Shown piece after piece: positions 24,990-38,290 of a DNA stretch of 64,000 nt. The position numbers and the translations under genes are program-made. The DNA lies in contig OX597838.1 in the NCBI GenBank assembly GCA_951406725.2, positions 10,850,001 through 10,914,000 on the forward strand, read 5' to 3'. Source of the DNA: Octopus vulgaris (taxonomy: Eukaryota). The number at the start of each line of letters is the position of its first letter. Positions within the stretch are counted from its first letter, which is position 1. The notes beneath the pieces are model-generated. The model saw only the letters and a list, made by a program, of their open reading frames with translations, did not search any database and was not told the DNA's origin.

Positions 24990-26052
24990 ACTTTATGATC
25001 TAATGATAATATATGATTCCTTTATACATTACCAGCATCTGTTCAAACTAGCACTATAAGGTGGTGGTGGTGGGCTCTGTAATTATGGATCAGGATAAAA
25101 TATAATCAGTGTTGCTATCTCTTAGGTAGTGTATAAATGAGGCAAGAACTGTTGAGTTTTTATACATAGCTTTAGAAAAGGAATTTACATGCGCTCTGTA
25201 TCTCCTCTTAAAATCTACAGTGCTTCCTATATATATCTTAGTTTTTTGGTTATCTACTTTTACTGTACATTTATATACCACGTTCTTCCAAAGACATGAA
25301 CTGACAAGTGGACATGATTCAGGGATTCTACAACTACATGTACTTTTAAAAACTGTTCTATCATTTCTATTAGTCTTTTTGTTTTTTACCTATTTTGGGG
25401 TGGGGGGATTATCAGGCTCTGTAACTACCAAAGGTTGACATGGATTAACATTATTAAACTTAGATTTACTTAAATTTATTATTCTAGATTTGTTATTATT
25501 ACCTCGGCGACCATTAGCTACATTATTAGTGTTAGAGTCTTTATTCGATTGACATTTTATTTTACTTCTACTTATGGAAGCTATAACAGATCCGAGATTA
25601 GGCATTGCAGAGTAAGAGAATTTTATTGAAGATTTATCACAAATTGAATAATACTTGTGAAGCTTTGGAAGATTAGCTTTCAAGATTTTGAAAAACAACT
25701 TAAGTGAGTTTTTAACTCTAAGAGAAAAAGGTGAAACAAACCAAATTATTTTGTGTTTTCTAGAATTGGATTATTTAATCATGTTAGACTTTCCAGGATT
25801 AAAATGCTTATACTTATATTTTTATATTTATTACTAGGTTGTATTCCACTAGGTATGGTGTAATTATCAAACGGCTTATTTATACCTATGTTTATCAATA
25901 CAGGGTTTGCACCTCTCCTTGTTTCTTTCTGTGGAAGAGCGTAGGCTCGAAACGTAAAATACTTTTTCAATTCCCGAGCATTATACTAATACATCTGTTT
26001 GTTTTCTACACCACCTGTCTTCATCTTGTGATTTTTTCGTGAATTCTCCCTA
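24990..26052 (-). mobile_element. Decayed Penelope-like retroelement: linker and GIY-YIG endonuclease on -, with an oppositely oriented hammerhead-bearing terminal repeat at ~25780-26052
   Basis: Minus-strand peptides KIIWFVSPFS, HKYYSICDKSSIKFSYSAMPNL and VYKCTV...KIYIGSTVDFKRRYRAHVNSF...STVLASFI match the Penelope linker and GIY-YIG domain; the unit ends in (TA)n. Confidence 0.85.
25926..25959 (+). ncRNA. Minimal hammerhead-like motif (CTGTGGA core) next to a Penelope ORF remnant
   Basis: ttt-CTGTGGA-a-gagc-gtag-gctc-GAAA-cg-TA-aaa. Confidence 0.6.
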
Positions 26053-26062
26053 TATACATACA

Positions 26063-26100
<38 letters not shown>

Positions 26101-26751
26101 AAAATAAATGGTTGACTAATCAATAAACTTTTGAGTGTCACACTGAATCATGCTAATTATTAACATAATGAAAGTCAATCAACACTTCTTAACCTGAATG
26201 TAATGCTGTTCAGCAGAAATACACACACACATGCATGCACACACTCATGCACACAACTGTAATAAGCTCACTGAATAGCTGAAATAATAAAGTGATATAG
26301 ATGGAGTATGTCTAATTGCCTGCATACAAATGTATGAGTGGATGTGCGTGGGTGTACGTACGTGTTTGTATGTATGTATGTATATGCACGCGCGTATATG
26401 CACATGTAATCTAAGAATCCATAAGTCAGAAAAAGTAGTCACTTGTATATTTGTCAATAGAGTGAGTATATTAATGAGAGTATACTGTAGTGGATCTATA
26501 ATACTGCATGTTTTGATTAATATATAAGTACCGTGTGTGTGTATTATATATATATATATATATACAGAAAGAGAGAGATAAGTGAATGGTTAGATAGCTG
26601 GATAGATACATACATACATACACAGAGAAATAGCTTGCTAAATGGATGGATGGATGGGTTGATAGATAGAGAAACAGGCAGGTAGATAGATAGAAAGTTA
26701 GTTAGATAGACAGACAGACAGACAGATAGATAGATAGATAGATAGGTTATA

Positions 26752-27135
26752 TGTAGAAAAATACAAACTGGGACAAGAACGCAAAACATTTAGAAGACGG
26801 TACAAAAAACACGGACGGGACATTCGAAGCCTTCAATCTTCAGTCAAGAACCGGATCATCCTCGCAATTTCGGCTGATTAATCTTGAGATCGCTCCGATC
26901 CGGCCAGCCCCAAGGAAAAACTAAGCTACGAGCATTAGATTTCTTGGAAAAAGGATCAAATGTATACGAAACAAGGACAGAAAAACGGACGATGCCACAC
27001 GAATATAAATACAAAAAACAATAATAGTAATAACAGGACAAAAACAGCGGGTGTCTTACGACTATAGACAGTACAACTTAGTTTAGCTGGCGTATTTGGA
27101 AAAAAAATGCCTTTTTCAGCAGACGAAGACAACGA
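26752..27135. mobile_element. Unclassified repeat with a near-identical partial copy at 41623-41745
   Basis: About 120 bp almost identical between the two loci; both begin at an AT/TA run. Confidence 0.6.
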
Positions 27136-28799
27136 TGTTTAGATAGTTAGATAGATAGATAGTTAGATAGATAGATAGATAGACAGATAGATAGATAGAC
27201 AGACAGACAGATAGATAGATAGTTAGATAGATAGACAGACAGACAGACAGATAGATAATCTGCACATATAAATAAGATGGGAAGGGTACAAGTTGTTATA
27301 TTCCTAGAGGTTGTGGAACATGATTAGAATGTGCACTGGGGTGGGCAGGTCATTTGAGTGTTTGCATTTAAGGCATTTATATCATATTCCAAGTGTGTAT
27401 GCGTGTGCATGAATATATATGTATCACTGTCTACATATGAGAGTGTGTGAATATGTGTTTGCATATGTTAGAATGTGTGGATATGTGTGTGGGGGATTAG
27501 TATGAATGTGTGCGCGCGCGTGTGTGTTCAGTTATGCATGAACAAGAGAGCACATGCACACTTTAAACATGCATGAGTACATATATGTGTGTGCTTGGTT
27601 CTACACATAAAGATCTGTATAACAACACAGTTCATCTGGACGTGTACAATAATATATTTCTTTACTACCCACAAGGGGCTAAACACAGAAGGGACAAACA
27701 AGGACAGACAAAGGGATTAAGTCGATTATATCGACCCCAGTGCGTAACTGGTACTTAATTTATCGATCCCGAAAGGATGAAAGGTAAAGTCGACCTCGGC
27801 GGAATTTGAACTCACAACGTAGCGGCAGACGAAATACGGCTACGCATTTCGCCCGGCGTGCTAACGTTTCAGCCAGCTCAATAATAACATACAGACCAGT
27901 ACGTCCCAATGTATACAATGTAGAGTGTATATAATCCTATAGCGATATACATTCATGCAGTAAGACTAAGTACACCTTGTATGCTTGCGTGCATGTATAA
28001 GTATACCGAGATCTGCTTATACTGTGCAAGCGTAGATTTAAATCGGTGAGTAGCATCTGATATAAAGACATTACTGAGAATGTATTTTTACTCAGAACAA
28101 CGTTGAAATTCGAAAGAACACTTGTAATTTGTCTGAGATTGAGTTAAATGCAACACTTATGTAACGTAATCTGTTTATAACTCGAGTGCTTTGAGATATC
28201 TAGACTATTAAACCTTTATCTTTTCAACTATTACTCTAAGCAGTGACGATGACGACAATGATGATGACGGATGTTATCTTTATTTGGTTTACAGATTAGA
28301 TTTTCAGCACTCTGCTGATTACATTCCTCTCCAATCGCATCGCATATTCTCCATCATATATTCTCCAATCGCATCATCGCAACAGATATACTTGTCCAGA
28401 ATATGAACTAGAAGGGATGGAAAAAAAAAGGGGGGGCAACCCCCCCCCCCAAAAAAAAGCAACCAATTTTTTTTTCATTGAAAGGAATGAATATTTATTT
28501 CTTGAGTCAAAGTTAGGAGAATTCCTGAGAAGTCTGGAGGTGTTTAATCTCATTCCAATAATATGCTGGGTTGTAAACGAGTGTCACTGACATACAAGTG
28601 GGGTCATTTGTTTTCATTCTTCCGAGTAAAATATGCCTGGCCATGTGGGAAAAATGACCTTGATTAGAAATAGTGGGTGGGGATTAGTGACAGGAAGGAT
28701 ATCAAGCTGTTAAAATAAGAAATCGGCTTCAATGAATTCTGTCTGATTCATTGAAGCATTGAAAATTGGATGTTAAAATAATGATATATACATATATAT

Positions 28800-29008
28800 A
28801 TTCTTTTACTTCTTCTAGTCATTAGACTGTGGCCATGCTGGAGCACAGCCTTGAAGGGATTTCGTCAAACAAATTGACCCCAGGGCATATTTTTTTAAAA
28901 CCTAATACTTATTCTATCACTCTCTTTTGCCCAGCTGCTAAGTTAAAGGGATGTAAACACACCAACACCAGTTGTCAAGCAGTGATGGGAGGACAAACAG
29001 ACACAAAG

Positions 29009-29061
<53 letters not shown>

Positions 29062-29205
29062 CGACGGGCTTCTTTCAGTTTCTGTCTACGAAATCCACTC
29101 ACAAGGCTTTGGTCATCCTGAGGCTACCTGCCCAAGATTCCACGCAGTGGGACTGAACCTAGAGCCATGTGGTTGGGAAGCAAGCTTCTTACCACACAGC
29201 CATAC
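28800..29205 (-). mobile_element. SINE family S1, diverged
   Basis: Homology to 512-904. Confidence 0.8.
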
Positions 29206-29819
29206 CTATATATATCTGTATCTTTTACTTTGTTTCAGTCATTAGATTGCGGAATGCTGGGGCACCACCTTGAAGAATTTTTAGTCAAATGAATTGACTC
29301 TAGGACTTTTATTTTTAAACCTGATACTTATTCTATCAGTCTCTTTTGTCAAACTGCTCAGTCACGGGGACATAAACACACTAACATCAACTGTCAAGCA
29401 GCTGTGGGGTGGGGACAAACACAGACACAAACATAATATATATATATGTGATTAAGAAGTTTGCTTCCCAACTACATGGTTCCAGGTTCAATCCCACTGC
29501 TGCATGGCACCAAAGCCTTGTGAGTAGATTTGATAAACAGAAACTGAAGGAAACCTGGTGTGTGTATGTGTATGTATGTGTGTGTCTTTTAGTCTTGAGA
29601 GAGCATGGTATTTGTAAATGGTTGCAATTGTCACACATGCAGTATCATTCATTTCCATTATTCTGCAAAAATATGTCAGACCCTAAGGAAATATTATTAC
29701 CTTGTTTCGAAACAGGTGAGAGCTGATGACAGGTAGCTTATCATGCTATCAAGGAAAAGCGAATGTTAAACAATGATGATGATATACATAACTTTATATG
29801 TAACAGTAAACCTTTGCAG

Positions 29820-29825
29820 TGTGCA

Positions 29826-29883
<58 letters not shown>

Positions 29884-30303
29884 CACACACACACACATAC
29901 ATGTATACATATACATACAATGTATATATATATATATATACACACATATATATATGTATATATATATATATGTATGTATATATGTATATATATGTACACA
30001 CATATATATATATGTATATATACATATATGTATATATACATATATGTATGTATATATATGTATATATACATATATGTATATATACATATATGTATATATA
30101 CATATATGCATATATACATATATGTATATATACATATATGTATATATATATATGTATATATACATATATATACATATACATACATACATATATATACATA
30201 TACATACATACATACATATATATACATATACATATACATACATACATATATATACATATACATACATATATATATATATATATACATATACATACATATA
30301 TAT

Positions 30304-30342
<39 letters not shown>

Positions 30343-30345
30343 TGT
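29820..30345. repeat. Compound (TA)/(TACA)/(TATG) microsatellite
   Basis: Direct inspection; similar tracts at ~23300-23550, 42500-43050, 57960-58515. Confidence 0.95.
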
Positions 30346-30516
30346 TATAATGGTTTTTGTGATAGACACACACACACAGCAATCGGTGTGTGATATGTTC
30401 GACTAGTATTTCCCCCCCACCCCCGTCGAGATGATGATGATGATGATAACTCTCCGCTGAGTAAACAAATAAAATAAACTGTTCAGTGATTATAGTGTCC
30501 TCTCAGCATCACTCTC

Positions 30517-30570
30517 ACCACCACCACCACTGCCGCCACCACCACCACCACCACCACCACCACCACCACC

Positions 30571-30623
<53 letters not shown>
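30517..30623. repeat. (CAC)n(CAT)n microsatellite
   Basis: Direct inspection. Confidence 0.95.
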
Positions 30624-30624
<1 letters not shown>

Positions 30625-30919
30625 TTAATCATAGTGACAAACAAGCAACAGGTGCTACTGCTCAGCATACTGCTAATTTACCAATGACGACACGTTTTAT
30701 ATTGACGTCATTGAAAATACTCTCTCTCTCCTTCCACATCATCTTTATGTTCTTCTTCATTACACCTCCTACTCCTCCTCCTCCTTTTCCTTCTCCACAT
30801 TTTCTCTTTCGTTTATCATCATCTCTTTCCTTTCTTCTTTATATTCTCCTTCTTCCTTTTTCTTATCTTTCCACCTCTACATCTCCTTTCATACTTTGTC
30901 TAGCTTCTGCTTTTCTCTT

Positions 30920-31535
30920 TCAATTCTCCTTCCTTCAACAATTTCTCTTTCTTTCCTCATTCCTTCAACATTTTTTGTTCCTTTTTTTTTCCTTCGATAA
31001 TCTCTCTCCTTCATTCCTTCAACAATTTCTCATTCCTTTGAAATGACAATGTCTCATTCCATTCTCCTTCTTTCAACAATGCCTCTTTTCTTCCTCATTC
31101 CTTCAACAACTTCTCTTTCCTTTCTCCTTCATTTTCATTCCTTCATCAATTTCTCTTTCCTTCTTCATTCCTCTGATTCTCATTCCTTCAACATTTTTTT
31201 GTTCCTTTTTTTCCTTCGATAATCTCTTTCCTTCTTCATTCCTTCAACAATTTCTCATTCCTTTGAAATGACAATGTCTCATTCCATTCTCCTTCTTTCA
31301 ACAATTTCTCTTTCCTTCCTCATTCCTCCAATTCTCATTCCTTCAACATTTTTTGTTCCTTTTTTTTTCCTTCGATAATCTCTTTCCTTCTTCATTTCTT
31401 CAACAATTTCTCATTCCTTTGAAATGACAATGTCTCATTCCATTCTCCTTTTCTTCCTCATTCCTTCAACAACTTCTCTTTCCTTTCTCCTTCATTTTCA
31501 TTCCTTCAACAATTTCTTTCCTTCTTCATTCTTTT
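30920..31535. repeat. Pyrimidine-rich minisatellite with higher-order duplication
   Basis: Recurrent cattccttcaacaatttctc; the block ttcgataatctct...gaaatgacaatgtctcattcc occurs three times. Confidence 0.85.
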
Positions 31536-32017
31536 TTGCCATCCTTCAGTCTCATCTCCGACTGGATCATCAATATCATTTGAAAACTTTAAAAATTACC
31601 TAAAAATCCAAAAATCTGCATAATGGTTCTAAATTTATGACACCCACCGTATGCACACACATACACACACACACACATACACACACACACACATACACAC
31701 ACACACACGCACATATGTAAACACAAGTGCATACACATTCTTCTCTCTCTCATCCTATTTCTTCAGTGTCATCTTCTTTGTCTCCCAAAATCTCTTCCTC
31801 TCTCTCACCATCTTCAACCTTGTCTTCAAGAAACAACTCTCCATTTTCTCTACTGTCAATAACAACAACAGCAACAACAACACTACAATACTGAAATATC
31901 TATTATCAATGTTTGTTTAGTGAAATACATAAAAAAAAATAACAAACTCAGTTTTATAACTCAATATATTTACAGTGCCACTATAAATTCATATCTCCTT
32001 TAACTTGAATTAATAGG

Positions 32018-32358
32018 AAGGCGCATGGCTCAGTGGTTAGAGCGTCGAGCTTATGATCGTGAGGTTGTGAGCTCGAATCCCGGACCGGGCTGCATGTTGT
32101 GTTCTTGAGCAAGGCACTTTATTTCACGTTGCTCCAGTTCACTCAGCTGAAGAAATGAGTTGCGGCGTCACAGGTGCCAAGCTGTATCGACCTTTGTGTT
32201 TCCCTTGGATAACACTGGTGGCGTGGAGAGGGAAGGCTGGTATGCATGGGCGACTGCTGGTCTTCCATAAACAACCTTGCCCGGACTTGTGTCTAGGAGG
32301 GTAACTTTTTAGGTGCAATCCCATGGTCACTCATGACCGAAGGGGGTCTTTACCCTTT
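32018..32358 (+). mobile_element. tRNA-derived SINE family S4
   Basis: GGCGCATGGCTCAGTGGTTAGAGCG...TCGAATCCC head followed by TTGAGCAAGGCACTT core. Copies at ~4545-4875 (-), 44755-45075 (-), 46237-46460 (+). Confidence 0.87.
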
Positions 32359-32834
32359 AACTCGAATTAGTTACCAAAACAACCATTTCATGACTGCTAA
32401 GTAGAAGTTAATAATTCTATAAACTAGAATCAAGAAGCAGCTATGTAAGCAATATAAGATTCTTGAAGGAATCTTGGTGCTGTTGTTATGTATGTCAAAA
32501 TCCTGGGCAGCTGAAATTGGTGAAGCTCACCCCTCTCTAAGTTTGAACCCAGCCAATTGCACAGAGAAACACAGTTGAAATGACAGAAAAGATATATATA
32601 TTTCTTTACTGCCCACAAGGGGCTAAACATAGAGGGGACAAACAAGGACAGACAAAGGGATTAAGTTGATTACATTAAACCCCAGTGCATAACTGGTACT
32701 TAATTTATCAACCCCAAAAGGATGAAAGGCAAAGTCGACCTCGGCGGAATTTGAACTCAGAACGTAACGGCAGACGAAATACCGCTAAGCATTTCATAGA
32801 CAGGCAGGCAGCTTGCTAGCTAACTAAATAGACA

Positions 32835-33095
32835 GATGGTTAGACAACTAGACAGACAGATGAATAGATAGTTAGACAGATAGATAGACAACTAGACAGA
32901 CAGATGAATAGATAGTTAGACAGATAGATAGACAACTAGACAGACAGATGAATAGATAGTTAGACAGATAGATAGACAACTAGACAGATGAATAGATAGT
33001 TAGACAGATAGATAGACAACTAAATAGATAGAAAGACAAATAAATAGACAGCTAGACAAACAGACAGATAGATAGGCAGCTAGATAGATAGACTA
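32835..33095. repeat. GATA/GACA satellite with ~40-bp higher-order unit
   Basis: agacaactagacagacagatgaatagatagttagacagatagat repeated. Confidence 0.85.
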
Positions 33096-34134
33096 AGATA
33101 CAGTTAGAGAGGGCGGTGGGGAAATAAGGAGAGGAGAGAGAGAGAGAGGGAAAGGAGAGAGAGGGAAGGATAAGAACAGGGAGGAAGAGAGGAGAAAGAG
33201 CAAGAAATAAGCTGATGGCAGTACTAAACTAGAGCTTTACTAACCCCCCTGCACCTTAGAAAAAAAATAAAAAAGATAAAAGGCAGAGTTGACCTTTGCG
33301 AGATTTGAACCTGGAGGAAACAAAGTTGGACAAAATGCCAAAAGGCATTCAAACCAATGCAAGAACACAAGGCAGATTTTTCTGAAGCATTCACAATAAA
33401 TGAAAGTAAATTTTGTGTAGACCTGACAGGACATTCTCTACCTCAGTTCATCATCACCACCCCAATCATCTTCATTTAATGCCTACTGCTCCATGTGTAG
33501 GTCAGGCAGAATTTGTTGAGGAAGATGTTCTATGGTTGGATGCCCTTCCTGTCACCAACCTTTATCTGTTTCCAAGCAAGGTGATATTTCCCCAAAAGCC
33601 AGATGTGTTCACACAGAATACTGACTAGACCCCCTCACTTCAAATTTGAAGGGAGGGGGTCTAGTCAATTATATTGACCCCCAGTGTTTCACTGATACTT
33701 AATTTATATGAAAGGCAAAATTGTCCTCGGCAGAATTTGAACTCAGAATGCAGAGACAGACAATACCACTAAGCATCTGGTCCAGTGTGCTAACAATTCT
33801 GCCAGTTCAGGTTTCTGTTTTTTTTTTTTGACTTGTACTGTTCCTGAGCAAATTGAGAACAATTAAACAAGTCACACATTGTGAGCTGTATTTCATTAAA
33901 TGCAGTCTTAGTAAAATTAAAAGAAAATGTATTTTGTTTTCAGCTTTATATCATTAATAATTACTTTGTCATTTTCTTCCAGGAAACTTCAACTGATAAA
34001 AGGTTAGCTCAAATAGCTAGCATCCTCAACATATGACAGAGGAAAGAGGTGTTAAGAAAGACTTCCTGTCTGGCGAAATAGTGAAAAATGTAAAGAAAGG
34101 AAAAGAAAAAGAATTAATAGTATCTGAAAATTTC

Positions 34135-34207
<73 letters not shown>

Positions 34208-34264
34208 ATTATGTCATAAAATGTCAATTGAATCTTGATTGGTTGTGTGTGACAAATGTTAGTG

Positions 34265-34590
34265 TTGATACGATGACGACAACGATGACTGCAACAGCAT
34301 TGATGATGACAACAGGGGTGACAATAACACTGATGATAACGATGATGCTGGCATCAATGATGATGATGATGACAATGACGACAATAGTACTGATGATGAT
34401 GATGACGGTAACAACGAGGATGCTGACAACAATGATGATGACGACAACGATGGTGGCATCAACAGCAATGATGAAGGTAATAACAAAAGTGAAGATGATA
34501 GCAAAGACAACAAAGATGACGGTGACAGCAAGACTGATGACGATAGTGCAAGGACACTGATGATGATGATGACGATGATGATGATGACGG
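34265..34590. repeat. Degenerate (GAT/GAC/AAC) trinucleotide tract
   Basis: Direct inspection. Confidence 0.85.
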
Positions 34591-34694
34591 TGTTGCACTG
34601 GTTGACTAAGAACTGCATTATTTGCGTTGGCTGCATGCTGTTCTTGTGCAAAACCATTTACAATATTTGCATGTTTCGTAACATGTTTACTTAC

Positions 34695-35130
34695 AGACAC
34701 TTGTTAACGCTAGTTGCTTTACAAAAGCCATCATTAATGTTGGATACCGGCAGCTAGTGTGAGAGAGAGGAGAAAGCTTTGTGTTCAAGCTTGGCAAGAA
34801 GGAGAAAATACGCTTAGCAAGAGGAGTTTTTTTCAACGTGACATCAGAATGGCACGACCGCCAGTTAATCAAGAAAACCTCTCTTCTCCTCTGGGTTAGT
34901 ATTTCCTGTGCGTCTCAGTTTATAACCATGATCTGGCAAAAATCTGCGTGGAGCCTGACTTTACTCTGAACAGCCACACAAATTCACCAGTTCAACGATT
35001 GGTTGAAATATAGCCTAAAGTCACCCAATAACGACAATGATTGGTTGATATATAGGCTAAGATGACCAGATAGGACACTGATTGGTTGAAATATAGGCTA
35101 AGATTACCTGAAAAAGACAATGATTGGTTG
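34695..35130 (-). promoter_or_regulatory. Candidate internal promoter (4x CCAAT, TATA) and first exon
   Basis: ATTGG on + at 34998, 35040, 35081 and 35123; TATAAA on - at 34924-34919; donor ct|gtaagt at 34694-34689. Confidence 0.45.
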
Positions 35131-35148
35131 AATCACAGACAGGCATAC

Positions 35149-35565
35149 CTATTTCTTTACTACCCACAAGGGGCTAAACACAGAGAGGATAAACAAGAGC
35201 AGACAAATGAATTAAGTCGATTATATCGACCCCAGTGTGTAACTGGTACTTATTTAATCGACCCCGAAAGGATGAAAGGCAAAGTCGACCTCGGCGGAAT
35301 TGGAACTCAGAACGTAGTGCCAGATGAAATACCTATTTCTTTACTACCCACAAGGGGCTAAACACAGAGAGGACAAACAAGGGCAGACAAACAAATTAAG
35401 TCGATTATAACGACCCCAGGGTGTAACTGGTACTTATTTAATCGACCCTGAAAGGATGAAAGGCAAAGTCGAGTCGGCGGAATTTGAACTCAGAACGTAA
35501 CGGCAGACGAAATACTGCTAAGCATTTCGACCGGCGTGCTAACGCTTCTGCCAGCTCGCCGCCTT
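35149..35565 (-). mobile_element. Tandem dimer of SINE family S2 with 8-bp TSD
   Basis: Two S2 units head-to-tail; gcatacct at 35143-35150 and 35566-35573. Confidence 0.85.
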
Positions 35566-37088
35566 GCATACCTTTAATGTAAATCTCATGGAGATTCAGC
35601 CTGACACAGAATGTGACAAGGCTGGCCCCTTTGAAATACAGGAACTACTCACTTTCACCAGCTGAGTGGACTGTAGTAACATGAAATAAAGTGTCTTGCT
35701 CAAGGACAACACAATGTGCTGCCAGGAATTGAACTCTTGGCCTTATGATTGTAAGTCAAATACCCAAACCACTAAACCACATGCCTACATAAACTGGTAC
35801 TTTGTTGGTTACGACGACGAGCGTTCCAGTTGATCCAATCAATAGAACAGTCTGCTCGTGAAATTAGCATACAAGTGGTTGAGTACCCTTAACATAGTTC
35901 TTGGGGAGATTCAGTATGACACAGAATGTGACAAGGTCGAGCCTTCGAATCACAGGTGCAATTCATTTCTTCCAGCAGCTGAGTGGACTGGAGCAACGTG
36001 AAATAAAGCATCTTGTTCAAGGACACAACAAACCTCTGGGAATTGAACTCATGACATTGGGAGTGTGAGCCCAACACCCTAACCACTAAGCCACGTGCCT
36101 TCGCTAATGACGATAGTGGCAAAAACAATAACGATGACAGCAACGGTGCTAAAGATTACAGTGGCAACGATGATGACAGTGCTAACAGTACCAATGATGA
36201 TGATGATGATGATGATGGTGATGGTGATGATGAGAAACTAATAACTGCGGAGAAGTGCAATGTTATATAAAGTCCATGTCAGTGTCTCTAATAGCTGTAA
36301 ACAAGATTGGATTTGGTTGGAGAGAGGAGCTTCTCCTCGACAAAAGCTTAAATGTCCTGTTGCTTGCAATGTCAAACATGCAAAAACGATGGTATTTGAT
36401 TAAATTATCTGCAAAGGTTCCTACTTGTCCGGAATGTTCTATGGCTTTAAGTATTGCAATAAAATGCTAAGAGAACAGAGAACGGAGAAAGAAAGACGGG
36501 TGGTGGTGGGGGGTGGTGGGTAGGGAAAAAGGAAAGAGAGCCGGGCAGAGAATATGAAGCTACTTCAGTCCATCTGTTTCACTTTACGTTTGCTTTTCAT
36601 CCGATATGGTATATCTCTCTTTCTGTCTCTTCGTAGAAATTGGCCGAAAAGAGAAGAAAAAAGAGAGAAAAAGATTCATGATATCGTCACCTTTTCCACT
36701 GGACATGAACACACACAATCTCACACACACACACACACACGCATGTAGTACTGGTTTGAATACTGGAATATCAAGTAGAATATGAAGAGGAATGGAATGA
36801 GGTGAGAAAGGAGACTGGGAGAGTCTTCAAAGATGTTGAAAGAAAGGTAAAAATGTCAAACTAAATCAAATGACAGATAATAAATACAAATGACAGAGAT
36901 GATGATGATGGTTCCTTACAATGGACACAGCAAGACATATTTTTAAGGAATCAACCCCGCCCCCACCCTGGCTGCACTTTACTGGTACATATTTCATTAA
37001 CCACCTACCCCTCCATCCTTCCTCACAAAGCAGGATTCAGCAAACTTTTTTTGAAGGTGGGTCACATTGGAAATGTATGATGGAAAGA

Positions 37089-37462
37089 GACGCAATGGCC
37101 CAGTGGTTAGGGCAGCGGACTCGCGGTCGTAGGATCGCGGTTTCGATTCCCAGACTGGGCGTTGTGAGTGTTTATTGAGCGAAAACACCTAAAAGCTCCG
37201 CGAGGCTCCGGCAGGGGATGGTGGTGATCCCTGCTCTTTCACCACAACTTTCTCTCACTCTTACTTCCTGTTTCTGTTGTACCTGTATTTCAAAGGGCCG
37301 GCCTTGTCACTCTTTGTGTCACGCTGAATATCCCCGAGAACTACGTTAAGGGCGCACGTGTCTGTGGAGTGCTCAGCCACTTACACGTTAATTTCACGAG
37401 CAGGCTGTTCCGTTGATCGGATCAACCAGAACCCTTGTCGTCGTAACCAATGGAGTGCTTCC
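37089..37462 (+). mobile_element. tRNA-derived SINE family S3
   Basis: CGCAATGGCCCAGTGGTTAGGGCAGCGGACTCGCGG...TTCGATTCCC head; near-identical copies at 43936-44310 (+) and 10390-10768 (-). Confidence 0.9.
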
Positions 37463-37806
37463 ATAAAGTATGATGGAAAATATTTTCTGAAGACAAAAAA
37501 GAAATAATAATAATAATAATAATGCTTTCTTTATTCACCACTAAGGGTTCATAAAGAAAACATTGGGGATGGTACTGGACAACAGGATGAAGGGTTACGC
37601 AGAGAAGCATGTGGAAAATAGAAGAACAGCAATAATAGGGATTCTAACGATGAAGGCACATGGCTCAGTGGTTAGGGTGTTGGCCTCACAATCATGAGGT
37701 AGTGAGTTCAATTTCTGGACCAGGCTGTGTGTTGTGTTCTTGAGCAGGACATTACTTCACGTTGCTCCAGTTCACTCAGCTATAGTATGTATGTATGTGT
37801 GTGTGC

Positions 37807-37857
<51 letters not shown>

Positions 37858-38209
37858 ACGAGGTGAAGTGGTGAATGCTGGAGAAACGAGCTTTGACAGG
37901 AGAGAGACAAAAATGCTTGTTGTCTCTTGTAAGGCAAGGAGAAGAAAGAAAGATAGCCGCTGGTCATGTGTGAGCACCGAGAGAATCAAGGAGGAAGAGC
38001 GAGGGAGAGAAAGAGAACAGTGAAGGGGGTGCGGGAGAATAAGAGAAAGGGTGGGAGAGAAAAACAGAAAGTAAGAAGAATAAGAAAGGGAGAATAGAGA
38101 CAGTGATAGGATAGTAATAAAGTGTCGCATCAGAATTATTAGGATAAAACTTACTTGGAAATGGATGCATGGCATTCGACCATATAATATAAATTATATA
38201 TATATACAC

Positions 38210-38290
<81 letters not shown>

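Noticed and set aside
29741-30406. Six long overlapping ORFs (YIYI/HTHT-rich), and similar ones at 23300, 42500, 58000 and 59900
   Set aside because: Translations of dinucleotide micro/minisatellites, not genes.
30486-31046. Poly-His ORF
   Set aside because: (CAC)n(CAT)n microsatellite followed by a pyrimidine-rich repeat; no protein-like content.
33967-34069. Strong minus-strand polypyrimidine acceptor
   Set aside because: Stops in all frames examined; at most a UTR exon, no other evidence.
34224-34700. Low-complexity ORFs on both strands
   Set aside because: Degenerate trinucleotide tract.
37089-37165. tRNA genes
   Set aside because: A/B-box heads run directly into SINE bodies in multiple dispersed copies.
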